In this document: one piece after another, positions 7,691 to 12,695 of the stretch
Layout: the number at the start of each line of letters is the position of its first letter
How positions within the stretch are numbered: the first letter of the stretch is position 1
DNA from: an uncultured Planctomycetota bacterium
GTDB lineage: Bacteria > Planctomycetota > Planctomycetia > Pirellulales > Lacipirellulaceae
DNA length: 12,695 nucleotides
Assembly (NCBI GenBank): GCA_963719315.1
Contig: CAVRBU010000016.1
Coordinates: 1 to 12,695, forward strand
Direction: 5' to 3'
Notes under the pieces: model-generated
Databases searched by the model: none
What the model saw: only the letters and a program-made list of their open reading frames with translations
Told to the model about the DNA's origin: nothing
Made by a program: the position numbers and the translations under genes

Positions 7691-8503
7691 ATGAAGAACT
7701 TTCTTGCTGCAATCACCCTCGCGCTGTGCTTCGTTGGTCTGGCAGCGGCGCAGGGAGTTGTGCCTTGGTTCGACGACTTTGATCCGGCACCTCATGCCAC
7801 CTACGTGCCCTGGCCTGGCACGCCCTCCGACCTTTTGGCCAGTGACACTGCCCATGCACTAAGCGATGGTCACTCGGTTCGGGCCTTTGACACTGATCCA
7901 GGCAACTGGACCTCGAGCTACGCGCTGACGAACGACGTCACAAACGGCTACAAAGGTTACCTCGCGACGGACGTGTACGTTTGGGATGACAACAGCGTCG
8001 CCAATACCGGTGCGACGCCGGTCAATGCCATGCTGGCGTATGTCGGCGCCAATGGTAGCACGACTCCCGGCTTTGGCACAGATTACGCCGAACTGGGAAT
8101 CATCTCGGGCAACGCCGCGAATGTCGACAACTGGGTTGTGCGTGTGCGCAGCTACGACCAGGCGAATGGTACAACCTGGTTCGATACGGGTGTCAGTCGC
8201 GCCTCGCTGGCCCAGACTTGGACCCATCTGCAGATCGTCGCGGATGCCTTGCCCTCGGCGGGCGGAGACGGCCTGTTCCATTTTTTTATTAATGGCAATG
8301 AGGTCGTCAGCAACACGACGAATTTGTCTCGTAATACCGCCGTAGGCGAGCAGTGGGTCCGCATCGGAAGCAACTCCAAGACTTACGAGAACTTCTGGTA
8401 CGACAACTTTAGCGTCGTCCCCGAACCATCGAGCGTGGTCCTCCTAGGTCTGGGACTCGTTGGATTCGTCGGCTGCGAGCGTCGCCGTCGTTGCGCAGGC
8501 TGA
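7691..8503 (+). CDS. Secreted PEP-CTERM protein, family A domain only
   Basis: GGGAGA RBS; signal peptide MKNFLAAITLALCFVGLAAA; domain from WFDDFD to YENFWYDNFSV; canonical VPEPSSVVLLGLGLVGFVGCERRRR; 270 aa. Confidence 0.93.
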   Translation: MKNFLAAITLALCFVGLAAAQGVVPWFDDFDPAPHATYVPWPGTPSDLLASDTAHALSDGHSVRAFDTDPGNWTSSYALTNDVTNGYKGYLATDVYVWDDNSVANTGATPVNAMLAYVGANGSTTPGFGTDYAELGIISGNAANVDNWVVRVRSYDQANGTTWFDTGVSRASLAQTWTHLQIVADALPSAGGDGLFHFFINGNEVVSNTTNLSRNTAVGEQWVRIGSNSKTYENFWYDNFSVVPEPSSVVLLGLGLVGFVGCERRRRCAG

Positions 8504-9338
8504 CTGCTTCGGCGATTTATTTAAGATCGCATATTGAACTCCAGACGGCCGCAGCGGACGCCTTCGCGATCTGCTGCGGCTGTTTCGGCTTTGCGAGAAC
8601 CGTGCTTCGAATCGGGTGCTTCCCGTGATGCGAATTCCGCTTGCCGCTTTATGCCTGACAGCGTTGTTGGCCGCGCCGGCGCGGACCGCACTTTTCTCCG
8701 ACAACTTCGAAGCCGGCGTCCGCGGCACGGTTTGGACGCCCTGGCCCCCGGCGAACCCGAGCGGCATCAACAACCTCGTAACGACTGATAGCGGCGTCGA
8801 TCACACGCCAGGCGGCATGCAATCCGCCCGCGCCTGGGAATCGGACCCCGCGGCTTGGAATGGCTACGCCGATTTCGGGGCGACCTCCACTTCGATTCGG
8901 GCCTATGTGTACGTGTACGAAAATCTCCACTTACCGGGAACCGACCCGGCTAAGCCAGTTTCGAATATGCTCGCTCTGTTCGGCGATACGGCATCCGGAC
9001 CAGACGCTTTTTCCGACTATCTGGAATTCGGCGTTGTGCCTTTTTATCCAGGTGGCAGCCAGAACTACGGGTACCGAACGCTGTATGCGGATACGCTGGC
9101 CGGTGGGCTGGCCGCGGTCGATACGGGAGTTGCCCGGAAGTTTGGCTGGACCAAACTGAGCATCGAGGTGGACTCGTTGGCGGTGGGCGGCGCCGTACGA
9201 TTTCTTATCGATGACACGTTGGTGGGCAGCTCCTTCCGCGCTGGCGCCACCGTCGGCGCCGGCGGCTTGTCGCCCGTCGATCTGCGTTGGGTTCGCATCG
9301 GAAACAACAACAAGTCGTACGAGAACTTCTGGTACGAC
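8384..9338 (+). repeat. 21-nt exact direct repeat (8384-8404 and 9318-9338)
   Basis: tacgagaacttctggtacgac encodes YENFWYD at the end of the family A domain in two adjacent paralogs. Confidence 0.9.
8543..8585 (+). terminator. Long intergenic stem-loop (weak terminator or 3' mRNA-stabilising hairpin)
   Basis: AGACGGCCGCAGCGGA (8543-8558) pairs with TCTGCTGCGGCTGTTT (8570-8585) at 16/16 positions, three of them G.U, with an inner CGC-cttc-GCG. The U-tract is short. Confidence 0.65.
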
Positions 9339-9590
9339 GATGTATCCGTCATCTCGCTGAATGGCGATTACAGCGATGACGGCGCTGTGGATGCGGCCGA
9401 CTACGTCGTTTGGCGGAACTCAATGGGCGGACAGGCTGCGTATGATATCTGGCGGCAACACTATGGTTCCGCCGTCGGAAATGGCGTTAGCTTCGGCACC
9501 AGTAGTGCCGTACCGGAACCAAATCGTTGGCAAGTTGCCGTGATTGCGCTCCTTGTCCTGCTGTCACTTCGTATAGGAATTCGGTCGTGA
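8628..9590 (+). CDS. Secreted PEP-CTERM-like protein, family A domain plus short dockerin-like module
   Basis: Signal peptide MRIPLAALCLTALLAAPARTA (ATG 8628; alternative GTG 8616); LFSDNFE...SARAWESDPAAWNGYADFGAT...YENFWYDDVSV; GDYSDDGAVDAADYVVWR; VPEP followed by a hydrophobic helix; 320 aa. Confidence 0.9.
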   Translation: MRIPLAALCLTALLAAPARTALFSDNFEAGVRGTVWTPWPPANPSGINNLVTTDSGVDHTPGGMQSARAWESDPAAWNGYADFGATSTSIRAYVYVYENLHLPGTDPAKPVSNMLALFGDTASGPDAFSDYLEFGVVPFYPGGSQNYGYRTLYADTLAGGLAAVDTGVARKFGWTKLSIEVDSLAVGGAVRFLIDDTLVGSSFRAGATVGAGGLSPVDLRWVRIGNNNKSYENFWYDDVSVISLNGDYSDDGAVDAADYVVWRNSMGGQAAYDIWRQHYGSAVGNGVSFGTSSAVPEPNRWQVAVIALLVLLSLRIGIRS

Positions 9591-9693
9591 AAGTCGACCA
9601 GGATGACGCTTCCTCTCGTGGAAGTTATCGCCCGACAACGGGCAATTGTCGGGCTCTGCTGATGCATGGCTGAGCAGCTGCCCGATTGGAATC

Positions 9694-11571
9694 CTAATTG
9701 GTTTTTGCCAGAAGCTCGAGCAGTACGATGGAATTTGCCATCATGTCTCGATCGTAAGTAAACGCTGCGTCTTGTATGCTTCCGCTGTTGGTCATTTCCA
9801 AGTCGCATCGATTCACGTCGGTAAAGATGTTGCTGTGCGATGAATCGATGACTGACTCTTGCCACTTCCCGCCGGCCAGGGAAACCGGAAGTTTGCCCAT
9901 TTCCAATTGAACGTGTCGGCGAATCGGGTAACGATCCCGGAAATTCACCAGGACAATCGCCAGTCGATTTTGTTTAGCGTCCCAAGCGGCGACCGCACAA
10001 ATGTCGTCGTCGCCCCCGCTCACTTTAACCCACTCACCGCTAAGTGAGTTGAAGATGCGGGCCATGTTGAACGTTGGCTTGGGCCGGTTGCCTTGCATGA
10101 GGATGCTAAAATCCCCGCGGAAGGTCATGTCGCCCTGCTTGACGTAGAACAGGCAGGGCCGGTCAATTTTCTTGGGAATCATTGCCCGAATCATGCCGTT
10201 GGCACACCAGGCGGCCCCCAATTCATGATCCTGAGGTCGGTCGGTCCACCAGGCTTCATTCCATTCGGTGATCATAAAGCTCTTTACGCTCTCGCGCAGC
10301 GTGGGGAACCCCGCAAGATAGTCGCGGAACGCATCGGCCTCCTTGGCGATCATGTCCGCAGGTTGAAAGTATTCGTGCCAACTCACGAAGTCCAACGGAA
10401 GCTTTTCCTGCTGGCACCACAGCATCAGTCCGCGGGCAAATCCTTTGCCGTGGATGCACTGCCCATATTCGCTGTTTTCGAATGGGCCGCTGGCTAATGC
10501 CGGTCCGCCCACCTTGGCCTTGCTGTCGCCGCGCAGAACGCCTCGCACCGTCGCGCGGTAGAGTTTGGCATAGGCCTCGAATCGCCGCACGATCTCGTGA
10601 TCCGGCTCATCCTTACCGAGCGCTTCGTGATAGAGCTTTTTGAACTCTTCGGACCCGGTGTCGTTAGGACCCGGCTTGATCCAGCCGCTGTTCGCTTCGT
10701 TCCAGACTTCCCAATAGGTCACCGGTTTGCCTCGTTCGCGGCTGTGTTTGGCGGCCTGGTAGCAAAGTTCCTCCCACGCATCGTAGTCATTCGGGGCACT
10801 CTGGCGATCGTTGTTTGGCACGGCGTCGAGGACTTGCGGCATGTACGACGCGGCAAAGATGGGATCCGCGCCTATCTTGTAAATGAAGTCCACGCGCTTA
10901 TCGAATTCGCTCCAGTCGTACACGAACTTGCCGTCCGCGTCCTTCTTGAGTGCTTGAGTAAGCACATTGTCGGTACGCAACCATTTGAAGCCGCCCTCTT
11001 TCAGCTTGGCAGCCGTCGCGTCCTCGTAGTCGGACAAACCGCCGCCCTGGCTCAAGCCGATCAGTCCATTCGGTACGTGCCCCATCTTGGAACTCACGTC
11101 CACCGATAGTTTCACGGGCTCGATGCGATCGCTTGAGATGATCACCATCTTGGCTTCATCGAATTTTCCGCCCCCTTGGACCACTCCGAAGACCTGCACT
11201 GCTACCGGCACTTTTTGCCTTGGCGTGGCCTTGTCGGTCAGAATCACCACGAGGGGGTGATCGTTGTCGTAACGGCCCTGCAACTGGCCAGCCACATAAA
11301 CTTCCCCGCCATCGCCGCCACTGACTTGCATTCCTACGGTTTTGCCCGCAGTATGCTGGCCATCGATGATTTCCGGAATCTCAATATCAGCAGCCAGCCA
11401 GCGGAATCGCTGATCTGGTGGCAATTTGTCGCCAACCTTGATTTCGTTGCCTCCGCTAGGGAAATTATCCGGAAGGTTTTGGTGGCTGTCCGAATCGGAT
11501 GCAACCCGCCACTGCCCCGAGGCAGGCACCACCATCGCTACACAAATCATCAGACAAACTGCGGACTTCAT
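9694..11571 (-). CDS. Secreted glycoside hydrolase, GH39-like (clan GH-A), with an extra N-terminal domain
   Basis: Signal peptide MKSAVCLMICVAMVVPASG (ATG 11571, GAGGTG upstream). Motifs: GFKWLRTDNV, YDWSEFDKRVD, SYMP..L, P.DYDAWEELC, YWEVWNEA (acid/base Glu), AKVGGPALA, LPLDFVSWHEY, FMITEWN (nucleophile Glu), RPKPTFN; 625 aa. Substrate cannot be determined from sequence. Confidence 0.88.
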   Translation of the reverse strand: MKSAVCLMICVAMVVPASGQWRVASDSDSHQNLPDNFPSGGNEIKVGDKLPPDQRFRWLAADIEIPEIIDGQHTAGKTVGMQVSGGDGGEVYVAGQLQGRYDNDHPLVVILTDKATPRQKVPVAVQVFGVVQGGGKFDEAKMVIISSDRIEPVKLSVDVSSKMGHVPNGLIGLSQGGGLSDYEDATAAKLKEGGFKWLRTDNVLTQALKKDADGKFVYDWSEFDKRVDFIYKIGADPIFAASYMPQVLDAVPNNDRQSAPNDYDAWEELCYQAAKHSRERGKPVTYWEVWNEANSGWIKPGPNDTGSEEFKKLYHEALGKDEPDHEIVRRFEAYAKLYRATVRGVLRGDSKAKVGGPALASGPFENSEYGQCIHGKGFARGLMLWCQQEKLPLDFVSWHEYFQPADMIAKEADAFRDYLAGFPTLRESVKSFMITEWNEAWWTDRPQDHELGAAWCANGMIRAMIPKKIDRPCLFYVKQGDMTFRGDFSILMQGNRPKPTFNMARIFNSLSGEWVKVSGGDDDICAVAAWDAKQNRLAIVLVNFRDRYPIRRHVQLEMGKLPVSLAGGKWQESVIDSSHSNIFTDVNRCDLEMTNSGSIQDAAFTYDRDMMANSIVLLELLAKTN

Positions 11572-11932
11572 TGGGCACCTCGGGAAATGCCACAACCAAA
11601 CGGCTACGGCTAGTGTTTATCGACCCGTCTTCAATTTCCGCACCTCAACCGCGATGGCTTCTTCAGCCGTTCGTCCGGGATTTGCGCGAAGAGATCTTCA
11701 ACTCTCGCTATGTCAACCTGTGCTCAATGAGAGTGAACCCTACTTCGCCTTCACAGGTCGTTCGACCTTCATTAGGAATCTCGCCGGATCGCTTCGCTTC
11801 GATAGACGGTATCCATTTGCTGGATTGCGATGCATCAATATGTCGCAGAGCACCGCCCATTTGCGAGGCATGCTCCCCGAACAATACTCGCACCAAAACA
11901 TATACGTCTAAAGTATCAAATTCCTCGGCATC

Positions 11933-12136
11933 TCACAGGGTGATCGAAGGGAATTCGTCAATAATAATAGTTCGCGACGCCGGATCCAGCCCCATGACGA
12001 GCGCCACGATCCCGTCGATCCACTCGCAGCTCTTTTTCTTGGACGGCTTCCAATTGTCGGCCGCGTCCTGCTCGATCGAGACGCTGCCGGCCAACCGCGG
12101 CAGTACCAGGTGCGCGCCACCTAAACCTTCTTCCCT
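11933..12136 (-). pseudogene. Decayed C-terminal fragment of a Terminase_1/HK97-like phage terminase large subunit
   Basis: Manual translation: REEGLGGAHLVLPRLAGSVSIEQDAADNWKPSKKKSCEWIDGIVALVMGLDPASRTIIIDEFPSITL*. This matches the remembered C-terminal pattern HGGxPVLxWMAxNV..xDAAxNxKPxKxKSxExIDGIVALxMAL. It lacks the rest of the gene; similarity covers roughly 11978-12121. Confidence 0.8.
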
Positions 12137-12694
12137 TCAGCCAGCCTTCCACTCCGCCGCCGTCCGCACCACCGTCCTCCGCTTTACCACGGTCGCTTGC
12201 GTCCCCGGCAACACCGCGCCGAAGATTGAAGCCCCCACTGCGCACCCCACGATGCCGTCCCACCAATGGTTGTCCGTCCGCTCGGGCCGCTGCTTCCACT
12301 CATCGACCACCCTCCCCCGCCCCTCCGTCTTCACGCGATACTCCGAGAGGAGATGCTCGATCAAGAGCCGATGCGCATTGGCCCGTTCCCCGAACAACGA
12401 AAGCCCGCCCGGGTCACCCATGGCCACGGCCAGCCGCGCATAGATAAATGATTTCCAGAAGTTGGCATCGAATAGCACGTGCCGAATCGCTCGTTTCCCT
12501 TGAACGCTTGGCATCCGCCAATTGTGGCCGACCTGCTCACCGGGTTTTCGCTTGTATTCGGAGAACGGCAGGCTCGACGTGCCCACGAACCGCCCGTGAC
12601 AGGGCGTGAGGATGCTGGCATACGTCGATTGCCGGCAGAATTCGTAGACGCTGTCCGTCGAGTTACCCCAATTGGCATCAATGAGGCAATTGGT
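12137..12694 (-). CDS. terL: Phage terminase large subunit, GpA-type, C-terminal (nuclease) part; 5' end lies outside the window
   Basis: Frame is open from the window edge: TNCLIDANWGNSTDSVYEFCRQS...ILTPCHGRFVG...VLFDANFWKSFIYARL...EHLLSEYRV...EWKQRPERTDNHWWDGIVGCAVGA. The IDxxW/G, DxNxWK, xxLxSE and W....NHxxD motifs fit the GpA nuclease region. Confidence 0.82.
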   Translation of the reverse strand, partial: TNCLIDANWGNSTDSVYEFCRQSTYASILTPCHGRFVGTSSLPFSEYKRKPGEQVGHNWRMPSVQGKRAIRHVLFDANFWKSFIYARLAVAMGDPGGLSLFGERANAHRLLIEHLLSEYRVKTEGRGRVVDEWKQRPERTDNHWWDGIVGCAVGASIFGAVLPGTQATVVKRRTVVRTAAEWKAG

Positions 12695-12695
12695 C

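Noticed and set aside
12134..12139. Programmed readthrough or selenocysteine at the TGA joining the two terminase segments
   Set aside because: I saw no SECIS-like hairpin or readthrough context, the downstream segment looks decayed, and TGA is an ordinary stop in other genes of the window.
11908..12299. Minus-strand ORFs 11908-12120 and 11958-12299
   Set aside because: They are alternative frames; the third frame carries the terminase-like peptide.
11499..12443. 314-aa plus-strand ORF
   Set aside because: It is Ser/Pro-rich with no motifs, and runs antisense across the GH39 start and both terminase segments.
1..12695. CRISPR array, IS element, integrase, or diversity-generating retroelement behind the paralog repeats
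   Set aside because: There are no regularly spaced repeats, no transposase, recombinase or reverse transcriptase motifs, and no long template/variable repeat pair with adenine-specific differences.

Overview
GC-rich bacterial DNA, almost certainly Planctomycetota and probably Pirellulales-like. This is inferred from two DUF1559 prepilin-like genes and from PEP-CTERM proteins carrying the 'DAADYVVWR' dockerin-like module. Bases 118-11571 form a divergently organised cell-surface/carbohydrate locus. The left arm (- strand) encodes a PEP-CTERM family-A protein, a PEP-CTERM family-B protein, a lipoprotein and two DUF1559 proteins. The right arm (+ strand) encodes a PEP-CTERM family-B protein, a NAGPA-type phosphodiester glycosidase with a PEP-CTERM tail, and two more family-A proteins. 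A secreted GH39-like glycoside hydrolase converges on the right arm. 'Family A' and 'family B' are my labels for two paralog groups that I aligned by eye. The right edge holds prophage-derived sequence: the 3' part of a GpA-type terminase large subunit, followed in frame after one TGA by a decayed C-terminal fragment of a different (Terminase_1/HK97-like) terminase that is missing from the ORF track. I saw no tRNA, rRNA, CRISPR array or transposase. All family calls come from motif recognition without database searches.
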